The notes: generated by a model not told the origin, from the letters alone. DNA of 64,000 nucleotides from Selaginella moellendorffii (GCF_000143415.4 NW_003314386.1:42852-106851); one strand, 5' to 3'; numbered from the stretch's first letter, positions 25,331 through 38,302 are shown. Numbers and translations: made by a program.

Positions 25331-26272
25331 CTCGCTTGCATCCGCCGCCGCCGCATTCTCCAGGAGCGCATCCACAAGCAGAGCAAGCTCGGGCCGCTGC
25401 AAGGCTGTGCGCTAGCACAACCACGCACACTTCTCGCCCACTCCAGGATCAACAGCCGCTTCGTTGCACACCGCAAGAATGAGCAGCGCCAACGAAGTGC
25501 TTGTTTGGGGATAGCTCAAAACGAGCTCACACCCACCACTAAGGTCGCGAGGAATCTCACTTCCGCATTCCTGGCCACGCAAAAACGGGTACAAACGATT
25601 CGTTTTGCTGCGGTTTTTTACCCTTGGCCTGTAGGAATCCCTCTCGGCCAGAGCGCTGGAACTAAACACCACAGCGACACAAGGGGTTCTTACTGACTCT
25701 GCCCAGGTAGTGCTTGTACTCTCGACTATTCCAGCTTCTAATCATCCGCTTAGAAAAAAGACGGGATGACAGCGACTGGTCCAGACGGCGAGATCCATGA
25801 GTCAACGGATAGCGATCAGGTTGAGCATGTTCCTTAGCTCTAATCTTTGGAAGTCACTTCTGATGTGCGGCCCGGGCATGTACCTGAGTACATTGGCTCG
25901 CGAGCATCAGTCGTGCAAATCTCAGTTCAGTTTTGAGACCTAGCTTCGTACTTTCACAAAATGAGAGATAGAGCTAGCGGAGATTGCATTACTAATCCTC
26001 ATCTTCCATGATACAGGTACCCCCCGGACACCCAAACCGTAGGAGGTGACATAGGAATTGTTAAGGGAAATCGTTTTGGTCGTGGTCGGTACCGGGTTAC
26101 CGGGCGGATGATCCTATGCCTCGGACGAATGTACCGAAAACGGCCTAGTCGATCTGCTTAACCAAAAATACCCGCGAGGGACAGCCGTGCCAGGGTGTGA
26201 TACCTGGCTGCCGATACAAAACGCCATGCGATTCATCCCTACTTTCCCGCCGTACCGGATATGGACTGATGC

Positions 26273-27839
26273 GTGGTTTTCCAGGATTTCTGGCTACCCG
26301 AGATGACGGAGTACGCGAACACTGATGATTTTGTGGCTCCCGTCCCGGCAGTGCAGTACTTCTTACTGCTGTTAGCCGCAAAGAAACCTGAGCGCTTACG
26401 TGAGATTTTTGCATATGAGAAAAACATTGCGGACAAGCTGCTCACGGTGCCGGAATCCGAGGCAGTTGGCGAGAACAAGCGATACCTCTGCCTCTTCCAG
26501 CAGGTTGAAACCAAAGAATGGTGGCGCCTTGTCTGGACACTCCTTACCGATCGAGTCAATGATAACCAGGCTCTACTACGACGGTGGATGGCGGACATGG
26601 AAAAAGAACTCGTTAATTTCTCCTCCGCCGAACCAAGGATCACTTGGAAAATGCTCCAATGGTCCCAAGAATACAACCGGGTTACAGGGTATAAAGGCTC
26701 GTACGGGAAAGGTATTGATCTGGGAAAACCACAGATCGACCTCAGCAATGGTTTCGAGTTCTTGAGCCAGAGTGCACGGACGCTCATGACTGGACTCATC
26801 CCGTCACAGCCAGATACTCTGGAAGGAGCAAACGTGGACCGCATTGATAATGGTCGTATCATGTTTGACCCGTTGGAGAATTTGAGTGGATGGAAATTTC
26901 CCTTCGCCACCACAAGAGTTCTCGATGCAGCCTCCCACCGCCTTCCAGAACCGCATAAGTTCTGGACACTAACGAATCCTTTAGGATGGACATCCCCTTT
27001 GGAGGCATCCGACTGGATCCAGATGGCGGCTTTATTACGACCGGATGCAGTACAGTGGTCAAAACAGACACTGGAAGCATCTTACCGACATGCAACGTTG
27101 GGAAATTATGCTTACAAACCAGCAATCCCGTTCCAAAAGACCGCGGATGAGGTTTTCAAGCAGGCTGCCTTCCATGGACGCTGTGATGGCGATGCCTTTT
27201 TGAATACAAAAAGCTGGAACCTATCACAAGGAGCAACGTACATGGAATCAGCTTCGACCGTACTGTCGCTGCGATTGCCAGGGATGTGAAGGAGGAATTG
27301 TCTGGCTTGACTCCTTGTTCTGGTACATGCTTAACAACCTGGACAAGTACTGGCCAGATTCAAGTTTGACGTCGTCAGACCGCCTCGCCATCTTCCTGTC
27401 CCTACTTACGGCTAATCCGCAAGTGATCCTCCAGATAGCTGCCTTCCTTCAAATCCGAGAATGGATGCAAGCAGCTGCTATTGAGGTGGCGAAAAAACCA
27501 GCCAACCCGGATCTGGAGTTCATCCCGCATGGACAAACCAAGATGAACATATGCAAGTTCATCCCCGTCCAGCAGTACCGATCCCCAACGACTTCACGAC
27601 GTGATGGTAGCGAAAGCAATGGAGCTTTCTCACCTACACCGTCCTCACAACGCACGCCGGCGAGGTCTCGAGGCTTACCACCTAATCGGAAACGTGATCG
27701 TCCTGACGGACAAACATCCACGGGACTGACATCACAGGAGACAGGCACACCACCATCAATCTCCAAGACGTCCGAGGCCAATGCAAGCTCAAATAAACAG
27801 AGGCTACGCAAAAGGCTCGGTGCAAGAAAGCAGCGATAA
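26273..27839 (+). pseudogene. PLE ORF1, unit 2, frameshifted
   Basis: A 2-nt deletion after 27233 splits it into 338 aa and 174 aa. Confidence 0.8.
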
Positions 27840-27894
27840 ATAAATTTCTGTTTTCTCCTTCCATGATTGGTAGCTAATGAAAGTGCTCTCGTGA

Positions 27895-30027
27895 TTGCTT
27901 CCACAGTGTACTTTACACTACATCCATCATTTGGCCGGACGTAAATGGTTGGTCAAAGAGGAAACGGAGTGTGAACGAAAATTCGTACACCTCCGATATA
28001 TTAGCGCCGGATTCGAGAGGATCAGTATCCGCACCCTTATGAGGGAATGCCTGGAAATGATTGGCCTAGACGCGGAACTCCTGGATCCCATTGTATTTGG
28101 CTGGAGGTACGAACCCCAGATCAAACACGACTTCTATAAACCCAAAGAGGTTTTCTGTAACTGGGACACTCATGCACCACTGGTTTGTGAATGCAAACGT
28201 TGGCCATGGGTGACTTATCTCGACGAGACTGGACATGTGCGTACTTTGGATCCAAAGATCCTTGGCTCACGCATACTCACGACTGTCATCGAGAAAGGTC
28301 TCAATCACATCACCCCGAAACCACTCCAGACAGCAAAAATCATTGCCGAAGTCTGTGAGGCCTGGGATCGGATTGCCAGTATGATTCCCGATGTCTACAT
28401 CCGTAACTGGCCTAGCAACGAAGCTGCTGTTAAACAGCATATCAACTACCGGGTCCGAATGGCAGTACAAAATTGCCAGACCACCCCGATGATAGATGTG
28501 ATGACCACCCCTGAGGCAAAGCGGCAATTGGAGTGGGTACATAAACACTTGTACATCAGTGGCGCAGATAAAGCGGCCAACACACCCACCTTCTTTTGCA
28601 AAACGTTGGCCCGGGAGCAAGCGCTTGCGCAGATGAATAGTGACGACTTTTCACTCGTAGTCTCGGACAATAATGTCCCTGAGACGCCTGAGCAAGTTGT
28701 AAAACAACTGCTCGGTGAACCGCCCTTACAGGAATTCCCGCCGCTGAGACCAGATCTCCCTTACCTTATGGGAATCTATAAAGCGCATAAGAATAAAATG
28801 CGCTGGTTAACGAATGCGGATGGATGTGTCTTCTCTGAAATCACAATTTGCCTCACCGCTATCCTGAAAGGAATACAGGAGGCGCTACAAAACGTAGCCG
28901 ATGATTTCTACGCACGGGCAAAATTCTTCGGAGGAAAAACGAACGCGTGCTGGATCCTTGGATCCACACAGGAGTTCGCGATTAATCTCCCCGACAAGAT
29001 CACCACGATCTATACGGGAGATATCACAAAGTGCTACGAGGCCATCCCCCTTGAGGGAGATCAAGGCCTCACGACGGCCATGACAAACCTCGTCAATTTG
29101 GCTTTCGCGCACCAAAACCACCTCCATAAGGACCTTTTTCTGATTCAAAAGAAGAACGGCGAGCTTGAGGCCGAATGGAAACCTCTACGCCACTCATCAG
29201 TGAAGGCCACCAGAATGGATCCAACAAAAGTCATCGAGCTAAATCACTTCATTATCCGGAACACATACGTCCGGCTGGGTGATCGAGTATGGAGACAAGT
29301 CCGAGGAATTCCTATGGGCTTCTCGTGCTCGCCTTTGTGGTGTAACCTGTACCTATTCTATTTCGAGTATAACTTTATCACTCGACTCGCTCGTCTAGGC
29401 CGGTACGATCTGCTGCGCTTATTCGAACATACGTTCCGATACATGGACGATCTGGTGTCAATGAATAACCCCATGATCCTCCGATTCCTTGACCCTGATC
29501 AAGTCGAATCTGAAGGAAATCCGTTCTGGATATATCCATTACGTTTCCTGGCCATGCAGAACGAGATGGATAACCCATTCGTGAACACGGACGGCTCGCT
29601 CGTGAATCTGTCCGCTCACTTTTTGAGCCTTCAGATTCAGATCATACGAGTTGACGGTACCTTCTTAACCACAAAATATGACAAGCGCCGATCACTTCCA
29701 TTCAAAGTCTCGCTGTACATTCATCGAGATTCAAACCGGCCCGTCGCAAACTCATCCAAGGTGATCCTGGGGCAAGTCTTTGCGCTTTTTTATCTGATTA
29801 ATACCGCCGGTGGTGTCGTCCTCGAGATTGATAATCTCGTTGAATGCTTCGTGGAAAAAGGATTCCATCGCTATGCATTGAGACGACTCATCCTCAGTGG
29901 TCTGGATCGTATAATTCTCACCAGCCCCCTGACTCCGGTACAAGCAGTCTTGGAAATTTTCTTTGACATCTGGAGAGAACCGGCCAATAGGCCACCACAG
30001 CTCGACGACTCAGCAAATTCAAGCTGA
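27895..30027 (+). CDS. PLE reverse transcriptase, unit 2
   Basis: Same protein as unit 1. Confidence 0.93.
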   Translation: MLPQCTLHYIHHLAGRKWLVKEETECERKFVHLRYISAGFERISIRTLMRECLEMIGLDAELLDPIVFGWRYEPQIKHDFYKPKEVFCNWDTHAPLVCECKRWPWVTYLDETGHVRTLDPKILGSRILTTVIEKGLNHITPKPLQTAKIIAEVCEAWDRIASMIPDVYIRNWPSNEAAVKQHINYRVRMAVQNCQTTPMIDVMTTPEAKRQLEWVHKHLYISGADKAANTPTFFCKTLAREQALAQMNSDDFSLVVSDNNVPETPEQVVKQLLGEPPLQEFPPLRPDLPYLMGIYKAHKNKMRWLTNADGCVFSEITICLTAILKGIQEALQNVADDFYARAKFFGGKTNACWILGSTQEFAINLPDKITTIYTGDITKCYEAIPLEGDQGLTTAMTNLVNLAFAHQNHLHKDLFLIQKKNGELEAEWKPLRHSSVKATRMDPTKVIELNHFIIRNTYVRLGDRVWRQVRGIPMGFSCSPLWCNLYLFYFEYNFITRLARLGRYDLLRLFEHTFRYMDDLVSMNNPMILRFLDPDQVESEGNPFWIYPLRFLAMQNEMDNPFVNTDGSLVNLSAHFLSLQIQIIRVDGTFLTTKYDKRRSLPFKVSLYIHRDSNRPVANSSKVILGQVFALFYLINTAGGVVLEIDNLVECFVEKGFHRYALRRLILSGLDRIILTSPLTPVQAVLEIFFDIWREPANRPPQLDDSANSS

Positions 30028-31507
30028 GTACCAGGAACTCTGTCCTCTAGACAGGACTATCCATCACTCTAGCATCATATCGAAACATAATAGATTCGAT
30101 ATTTATGCCGTTTTGGACTGTGAACAACAAAAGAATTAGTTCCCCCAAACTTACCATGCTGTCCTTGGTCACGCGCTGAACTAAAAAACACAAGCGTACC
30201 TTCGACTACAACTGTGTTTTGATTGATAAAAATTAAAAAACAACACAAGTTGCTGTGCTCTCACTCTGAGACAGATCCCACACCTTAATCACAGTAAGGT
30301 CTTCCTTGAAAACAATTTTTAAAGGAAACCTTACTTATGGAAAACTCTGTTTTCCCATGAATAAACTAATGGAATACATGAGTAGACGTGGCATGGTAAA
30401 AAACAAAACTTTGGATTCCTCACAGAATCTCGCGCGAAGAAACACGCCGTACGGATTGGCAAACCTAATTACAAGCTATAGCTATTCGACTTCATGGCTG
30501 CGGGCGCTGGATTTTCTCACACCGAAAGGTATGAAGCGACGGGAAAAACCCTAACGTTAGGGTTTCTCGCTTGCATCCGCCGCCGCCGCATTCTCCAGGA
30601 GCGCATCCACAAGCAGAGCAAGCTCGGGCCGCTGCAAGGCTGTGCGCTAGCACAACCACGCACACTTCTCGCCCACTCCAGGATCAACAGCCGCTTCGTT
30701 GCACACCGCAAGAATGAGCAGCGCCAACGAAGTGCTTGTTTGGGGATAGCTCAAAACGAGCTCACACCCACCACTAAGGTCGCGAGGAATCTCACTTCCG
30801 CATTCCTGGCCACGCAAAAACGGGTACAAACGATTCGTTTTGCTGCGGTTTTTTACCCTTGGCCTGTAGGAATCCCTCTCGGCCAGAGCGCTGGAACTAA
30901 ACACCACAGCGACACAAGGGGTTCTTACTGACTCTGCCCAGGTAGTGCTTGTACTCTCGACTGTTCCAGCTTCTAATCATCCGCTTAGAAAAAAGACGGG
31001 ATGACAGCGACTGGTCCAGACGGCGAGATCCATGAGTCAACGGATAGCGATCAGGTTGAGCATGTTCCTTAGCTCTAATCTTTGGAAGTCACTTCTGATG
31101 TGCGGCCCGGGCATGTCCCTGAGTACATTGGCTCGCGAGCATCAGTCGTGCAAATCTCAGTTCAGTTTTGAGACCTAGCTTCGTACTTTCACAAAATGAG
31201 AGATAGAGCTAGCGGAGATTGCATTACTAATCCTCGTCTTCCATGATACAGGTACCCCCCGGACACCCAAACCGTAGGAGGTGACATAGGAATTGTTAAG
31301 GGAAATCGTTTTGGTCGTGGTCGGTACCGGGTTACCGGGCGGATGATCCTATGCCTCGGACGAATGTACCGAAAACGGCCTAGTCGATCTGCTTAACCAA
31401 AAATACCCGCGAGGGACAGCCGTGCCAGGGTGTGATACCTGGCTGCCGATACAAAACGCCATGCGATTCATCCCTACTTTCCCGCCGTACCGGATATGGA
31501 CTGATGC

Positions 31508-33076
31508 GTGGTTTTCCAGGATTTCTGGCTACCCGAGATGACGGAGTACGCGAACACTGATGATTTTGTGGCTCCCGTCCCGGCAGTGCAGTACTTCTTA
31601 CTGCTGTTAGCCGCAAAGAAACCTGAGCGCTTACGTGAGATTTTTGCATATGAGAAAAACATTGCGGACAAGCTGCTCACGGTGCCGGAATCCGAGGCAG
31701 TTGGCGAGAACAAGCGATACCTCTGCCTCTTCCAGCAGGTTGAAACCAAAGAATGGTGGCGCCTTGTTTGGACACTCCTTACCGATCGAGTCAATGATAA
31801 CCAGGCTCTACTACGACGGTGGATGGCGGACATGGAAAAAGAACTCGTTAATTTCTCCTCCGCCGAACCAAGGATCACTTGGAAAATGCTCCAATGGTCC
31901 CAAGAATACAACCGGGTTACAGGGTATAAAGGCTCGTACGGGAAAGGTATTGATCTGGGAAAACCACAGATCGACCTCAGCAATGGTTTCGAGTTCTTGA
32001 GCCAGAGCGCACGGACGCTCATGACTGGACTCATCCCGTCACAGCCAGATACTCTGGAAGGAGCAAACGTGGACCGCATTGATAATGGTCGTATCATGTT
32101 TGACCCGTTGGAGAATTTGAGTGGATGGAAATTTCCCTTCGCCACCACAAGAGTTCTCGATGCAGCCTCCCACCGCCTTCCAGAACCGCATAAGTTCTGG
32201 ACGCTAACGAATCCTTTAGGATGGACATCCCCTTTGGAGGCATCCGACTGGATCCAGATGGCGGCTTTATTACGACCAGATGCAGTACAGTGGTCAAAAC
32301 AGACACTGGAAGCATCTTACCGACATGCAACGTTGGGAAATTATGCTTACAAACCAGCAATCCCGTTCCAAAAGACTGCGGATGAGGTTTTCAAGCAAGC
32401 TGCCTTCCATGGACGCTGTGATGGCGATGCCTTTTTGAATACAAAAAGCTGGAACCTATCACAAGGAGTACAACGTACATGGAATCAGCTTCGACCGTAC
32501 TGTCGCTGCGATTGCCAGGGATGTGAAGGAGGAATTGTCTGGCTTGACTCCTTGTTCTGGTACATGCTTAACAACCTGGACAAGTACTGGCCAGATTCAA
32601 GTTTGACGTCGTCAGACCGCCTCGCCATCTTCCTGTCCCTACTTACGGCTAATCCGCAAGTGATCCTCCAGATAGCTGCCTTCCTTCAAATCCGAGAATG
32701 GATGCAAGCAGCTGCTATTGAGGTGGCGAAAAAACCAGCCAACCCGGATCTGGAGTTCATCCCGCATGGACAAACCAAGATGAACATATGCAAGTTCATC
32801 CCCGTCCAGCAGTACCGATCCCCAACGACTTCACGACGTGATGGTAGCGAAAGCAATGGAGCTTTCTCACCTACACCGTCCTCACAACGCACGCCGGCGA
32901 GGTCTCGAGGCTTACCACCTAATCGGAAACGTGATCGTCCCGACGGACAAACATCCACGGGACTGACATCACAGGAGACGGGCACACCACCATCAATCTC
33001 CAAGACGTCCGAGGCCAATGCAAGCTCAAATAAACAGAGGCTACGCAAAAGGCTCGGTGCAAGAAAGCAGCGATAA
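31508..33076 (+). CDS. PLE ORF1, unit 3 (intact)
   Basis: 522 aa. Confidence 0.75.
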   Translation: MVFQDFWLPEMTEYANTDDFVAPVPAVQYFLLLLAAKKPERLREIFAYEKNIADKLLTVPESEAVGENKRYLCLFQQVETKEWWRLVWTLLTDRVNDNQALLRRWMADMEKELVNFSSAEPRITWKMLQWSQEYNRVTGYKGSYGKGIDLGKPQIDLSNGFEFLSQSARTLMTGLIPSQPDTLEGANVDRIDNGRIMFDPLENLSGWKFPFATTRVLDAASHRLPEPHKFWTLTNPLGWTSPLEASDWIQMAALLRPDAVQWSKQTLEASYRHATLGNYAYKPAIPFQKTADEVFKQAAFHGRCDGDAFLNTKSWNLSQGVQRTWNQLRPYCRCDCQGCEGGIVWLDSLFWYMLNNLDKYWPDSSLTSSDRLAIFLSLLTANPQVILQIAAFLQIREWMQAAAIEVAKKPANPDLEFIPHGQTKMNICKFIPVQQYRSPTTSRRDGSESNGAFSPTPSSQRTPARSRGLPPNRKRDRPDGQTSTGLTSQETGTPPSISKTSEANASSNKQRLRKRLGARKQR

Positions 33077-33131
33077 ATAAATTTCTGTTTTCTCCTTCCA
33101 TGATTGGTAGCTAATGAAAGTGCTCTCGTGA

Positions 33132-35264
33132 TTGCTTCCACAGTGTACTTTACACTACATCCATCATTTGGCCGGACGTAAATGGTTGGTCAAAGAGGAA
33201 ACGGAGTGTGAACGAAAATTCGTACACCTCCGATATATTAGCGCCGGATTCGAGAGGATCAGTATCCGCACCCTTATGAGGGAATGCCTGGAAATGATTG
33301 GCCTAGACGCGGAACTCCTGGATCCCATTGTATTTGGCTGGAGGTACGAACCCCAGATCAAACACGACTTCTATAAACCCAAAGAGGTTTTCTGTAACTG
33401 GGACACTCATGCACCACTGGTTTGCGAATGCAAACGTTGGCCATGGGTGACTTATCTCGACGAGACTGGACATGTGCGTACTTTGGATCCAAAGATCCTT
33501 GGCTCACGCATACTCACGACTGTCATCGAGAAAGGTCTCAATCACATCACCCCGAAACCACTCCAGACAGCAAAAATCATTGCCGAAGTCTGTGAGGCCT
33601 GGGATCGGATTGCCAGTATGATTCCCGATGTCTACATCCGTAACTGGCCTAGCAACGAAGCTGCTGTTAAACAGCATATCAACTACCGGGTCCGAATGGC
33701 AGTACAAAATTGCCAGACCACCCCGATGATAGATGTGATGACCACCCCTGAGGCAAAGCGGCAATTGGAGTGGGTACATAAACACTTGTACATCAGTGGC
33801 GCAGATAAAGCGGCCAACACACCCACCTTCTTTTGCAAAACGTTGGCCCGGGAGCAAGCGCTTGCGCAGATGAATAGTGACGACTTTTCACTCGTAGTCT
33901 CGGACAATAATGTCCCCGAGACGCCTGAGCAAGTTGTAAAACAACTGCTCGGTGAACCGCCCTTACAGGAATTCCCGCCGCTGAGACCAGATCTCCCTTA
34001 CCTTATGGGGATCTATAAAGCGCATAAGAATAAAATGCGCTGGTTAACGAATGCGGATGGATGTGTCTTCTCTGAAATCACAATTTGCCTCACCGCTATC
34101 CTGAAAGGAATACAGGAGGCGCTACAAAACGTAGCCGATGATTTCTACGCACGGGCAAAATTCTTCGGAGGAAAAACGAACGCGTGCTGGATCCTTGGAT
34201 CCACACAGGAGTTCGCGATTAATCTCCCCGACAAGATCACCACGATCTATACGGGAGATATCACAAAGTGCTACGAGGCCATCCCCCTCGAGGGAGATCA
34301 AGGCCTCACGACGGCCATGACAAACCTCGTCAATTTGGCTTTTCCGCACCAAAACCACCTCCATAAGGACCTTTTTCTGATTCAAAAGAAGAACGGCGAG
34401 CTTGAGGCCGAATGGAAACCTCTACGCCACTCATCAGTGAAGGCCACCAGAATGGATCCAACAAAAGTCATCGAGCTAAATCACTTCATTATCCGGAACA
34501 CATACGTCCGGCTGGGTGATCGAGTATGGAGACAAGTCCGAGGAATTCCTATGGGCTTCTCGTGCTCGCCTTTGTGGTGTAACCTGTACCTATTCTATTT
34601 CGAGTATAACTTTATCACTCGACTCGCTCGTCTAGGCCGGTACGATCTGCTGCGCTTATTCGAACATACGTTCCGATATATGGACGATCTGGTGTCAATG
34701 AATAACCCCATGATCCTCCGATTCCTTGACCCTGATCAAGTCGAATCTGAAGGAAATCCGTTCTGGATATATCCATTACGGTTCCTGGCCATGCAGAACG
34801 AGATGGATAACCCATTCGTGAACACGGACGGCTCGCTCGTGAATCTGTCCGCTCACTTTTTGAGCCTTCAGATTCAGATCATACGAGTTGACGGTACCTT
34901 CTTAACCACAAAATATGACAAGCGCCGATCACTTCCATTCAAAGTCTCGCTGTACATTCATCGAGATTCAAACCGGCCCGTCGCAAACTCATCCAAGGTG
35001 ATCCTGGGGCAAGTCTTTGCGCTTTTTTATCTGATTAATACCGCCGGTGGTGTCGTCCTCGAGATTGATAATCTCGTTGAATGCTTCGTGGAAAAAGGAT
35101 TCCATCGCTATGCATTGAGACGACTCATCCTCAGTGGTCTGGATCGTATAATTCTCACCAGCCCCCTGACTCCGGTACAAGCAGTCTTGGAAATTTTCTT
35201 TGACATCTGGAGAGAACCGGCCAATAGGCCACCACAGCTCGACGACTCAGCAAATTCAAGCTGA
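33132..35264 (+). CDS. PLE reverse transcriptase, unit 3
   Basis: 710 aa, one A>P change. Confidence 0.93.
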   Translation: MLPQCTLHYIHHLAGRKWLVKEETECERKFVHLRYISAGFERISIRTLMRECLEMIGLDAELLDPIVFGWRYEPQIKHDFYKPKEVFCNWDTHAPLVCECKRWPWVTYLDETGHVRTLDPKILGSRILTTVIEKGLNHITPKPLQTAKIIAEVCEAWDRIASMIPDVYIRNWPSNEAAVKQHINYRVRMAVQNCQTTPMIDVMTTPEAKRQLEWVHKHLYISGADKAANTPTFFCKTLAREQALAQMNSDDFSLVVSDNNVPETPEQVVKQLLGEPPLQEFPPLRPDLPYLMGIYKAHKNKMRWLTNADGCVFSEITICLTAILKGIQEALQNVADDFYARAKFFGGKTNACWILGSTQEFAINLPDKITTIYTGDITKCYEAIPLEGDQGLTTAMTNLVNLAFPHQNHLHKDLFLIQKKNGELEAEWKPLRHSSVKATRMDPTKVIELNHFIIRNTYVRLGDRVWRQVRGIPMGFSCSPLWCNLYLFYFEYNFITRLARLGRYDLLRLFEHTFRYMDDLVSMNNPMILRFLDPDQVESEGNPFWIYPLRFLAMQNEMDNPFVNTDGSLVNLSAHFLSLQIQIIRVDGTFLTTKYDKRRSLPFKVSLYIHRDSNRPVANSSKVILGQVFALFYLINTAGGVVLEIDNLVECFVEKGFHRYALRRLILSGLDRIILTSPLTPVQAVLEIFFDIWREPANRPPQLDDSANSS

Positions 35265-36735
35265 GTACCAGGAACTCTGTCCTCTAGACAGGACTATCCA
35301 TCACTCTAGCATCATATCGAAACATAATAGATTCGATATTTATGCCGTTTTGGACTGTGAACAACAAAAGAATTAGTTCCCCCAAACTTACCATGCTGTC
35401 CTTGGTCACGCGCTGAACTAAAAAACGCAAGCGTACCTTCGACTACAACTGTGTTTTGATTGATAAAAATTAAAAAACAGCTGTGCTCTCACTCTGAGAC
35501 AGATCCCACGCCTTAATCACAGCAAGGTCTTCCTCAGAAATAATCTCTAAAGGAAACCTTACTTATGGAAAACTCTGTTTTCCCATGAATAAACGAATGG
35601 GATCCATGAGTAGACGTGGCATGGTAAAAAACAAAACTTTGGATTCCTCACAGAATCTCGCGCGAAGAAACACGCTGTACGGATTGGCAAACCTAATTAC
35701 AAGCTATAGCTAGTCGACTTCATGGCTGCGGGCGCTGGATTTTCTCACACCGAAAGGTATGAAGCGACGGGAAAAACCCTAACGTTAGGGTTTCTCGCTT
35801 GCATCCGCCGCCGCCGCATTCTCCAGGAGCGCATCCACAAGCAGAGCAAGCTCGGGCCGCTGCAAGGCTGTGCGCTAGCACAACCACGCACACTTCTCGC
35901 CCACTCCAGGATCAACAGCCGCTTCGTTGCACACCGCAAGAATGAGCAGCGCCAACGAAGTGCTTGTTTGGGGATAGCTCAAAACGAGCTTACACCCACC
36001 ACTAAGGTCGCGAGGAATCTCACTTCCGCATTCCTGGCCATGCAAAAACGGGTACAAACGATTCGTTTTGCTGCGGTATTTTACCCTTGGCCTGTAGGAA
36101 TCCCTCTCGGCCAGAGCGCTGGAACTAAACACCACAGCGACACAAGGGGTTCTTACTGACTCTGCCCAGGTAGTGCTTGCACTCTCGACTGTTCCAGCTT
36201 CTAATCATCCGCTTAGAAAAAAGACGGGATGACAGCGACTGGTCCAGACGGCGAGATCCATGAGTCAACGGATAGCGATCAGGTTGAGCATGTTCCTTAG
36301 CTCTAATCTTTGGAAGTCACTTCTGATGTGCGGCCCGGGCATGTACCTGAGTACATTGGCTCGCGAGCATCAGTCGTGCAAATCTCAGTTCAGTTTTGAG
36401 ACCTAGCTTCGTACTTTCACAAAATGAGAGATAGAGCTAGCGGAGATTGCATTACTAATCCTCGTCTTCCATGATACAGGTACCCCCCGGACACCCAAAC
36501 CGTAGGAGGTGACATAGGAATTGTTAAGGGAAATCGTTTTGGTCGTGGTCGGTACCGGGTTACCGGGCGGATGATCCTATGCCTCGGACGAATGTACCGA
36601 AAACGGCCTAGTCGATCTGCTTAACCAAAAATACCCGCGAGGGACAGCCGTGCCAGGGTGTGATACCTGGCTGCCGATACAAAACGCCATGCGATTCATC
36701 CCTACTTTCCCGCCGTACCGGATATGGACTGATGC

Positions 36736-38302
36736 GTGGTTTTCCAGGATTTCTGGCTACCCGAGATGACGGAGTACGCGAACACTGATGATTTTGTGGC
36801 TTCCGTCCCGGCAGTGCAGTACTTCTTACTGCTGTTAGCCGCAAAGAAACCTGAGCGCTTACGTGAGATTTTTGCATATGAGAAAAACATTGCGGACAAG
36901 CTGCTCACGGTGCCGGAATCCGAGGCAGTTGGCGAGAACAAGCGATACCTCTACCTCTTCCAGCAGGTTGAAACCAAAGAATGGTGGCGCCTAGTCTGGA
37001 CACTCCTTACCGATCGAGTCAATGATAACCAGGCTCTACTACGACGGTGGATGGCGGACATGGAAAAAGAACTCGTTAATTTCTCCTCCGCCGAACCAAG
37101 GATCACTTGGAAAATGCTCCAATGGTCCCAAGAATACAACCGGGTTACAGGGTATAAAGGCTCGTACGGGAAAGGTATTGATCTGGGAAAACCACAGATC
37201 GACCTCAGCAATGGTTTCGAGTTCTTGAGCCAGAGCGCACGGACGCTCATGACTGGACTCATCCCGTCACAGCCAGATACTCTGGAAGGAGAAAACGTGG
37301 ACCGCATTGATAATGGTCGTATCATGTTTGACCCGTTGGAGAATTTGAGTGGATGGAAATTTCCCTTCGCCACCACAAGAGTTCTCGATGCAGCCTCCCA
37401 CCGCCTTCCAGAACCGCATAAGTTCTGGACACTAACGAATCCTTTAGGATGGACATCCCCTTTGGAGGCATCCGACTGGATCCAGATGGCGGCTTTATTA
37501 CGACCGGATGCAGTACAGTGGTCAAAACAGACACTGGAAGCATCTTACCGACATGCAACGTTGGGAAATTATGCTTACAAACCAGCAATCCCGTTCCAAA
37601 AGACTGCGGATGAGGTTTTCAAGCAGGCTGCCTTCCATGGACGCTGTGATGGCGATGCCTTTTTGAATACAAAAAGCTGGAACCTATCACAAGGAGCAAC
37701 GTACATGGAATCAGCTTCGACCGTACTGTCGCTGCGATTGCCAGGGATGTGAAGGAGGAATTGTCTGGCTTGACTCCTTGTTCTGGTACATGCTTAACAA
37801 CCTGGACAAGTACTGGCCAGATTCAAGTTTGACGTCGTCAGACCGCCTCGCCATCTTCCTGTCCCTACTTACGGCTAATCCGCAAGTGATCCTCCAGATA
37901 GCTGCCTTCCTTCAAATCCGAGAATGGATGCAAGCAGCTGCTATTGAGGTGGCGAAAAAACCAGCCAACCCGGATCTGGAGTTCATCCCGCATGGACAAA
38001 CCAAGATGAACATATGCAAGTTCATCCCCGTCCAGCAGTACCGATCCCCAACGACTTCACGACGTGATGGTAGCGAAAGCAATGGAGCTTTCTCACCTAC
38101 ACCGTCCTCACAACGCACGCCGGCAAGGTCTCGAGGCTTACCACCTAATCGGAAACGTGATCGTCCCGACGGACAAACATCCACGGGACTGACATCACAG
38201 GAGACAGGCACACCACCATCAATCTCCAAGACGTCCGAGGCCAATGCAAGCTCAAATAAACAGAGGCTACGCAAAAGGCTCGGTGCAAGAAAGCAGCGAT
38301 AA
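36736..38302 (+). pseudogene. PLE ORF1, unit 4, frameshifted
   Basis: Same 2-nt deletion as unit 2 (after 37696). Confidence 0.8.

Noticed and set aside
25259-25696. 145-aa third PLE ORF
   Set aside because: No recognisable motif; it spans the telo-box and putative introns, and its conservation just reflects unit identity.
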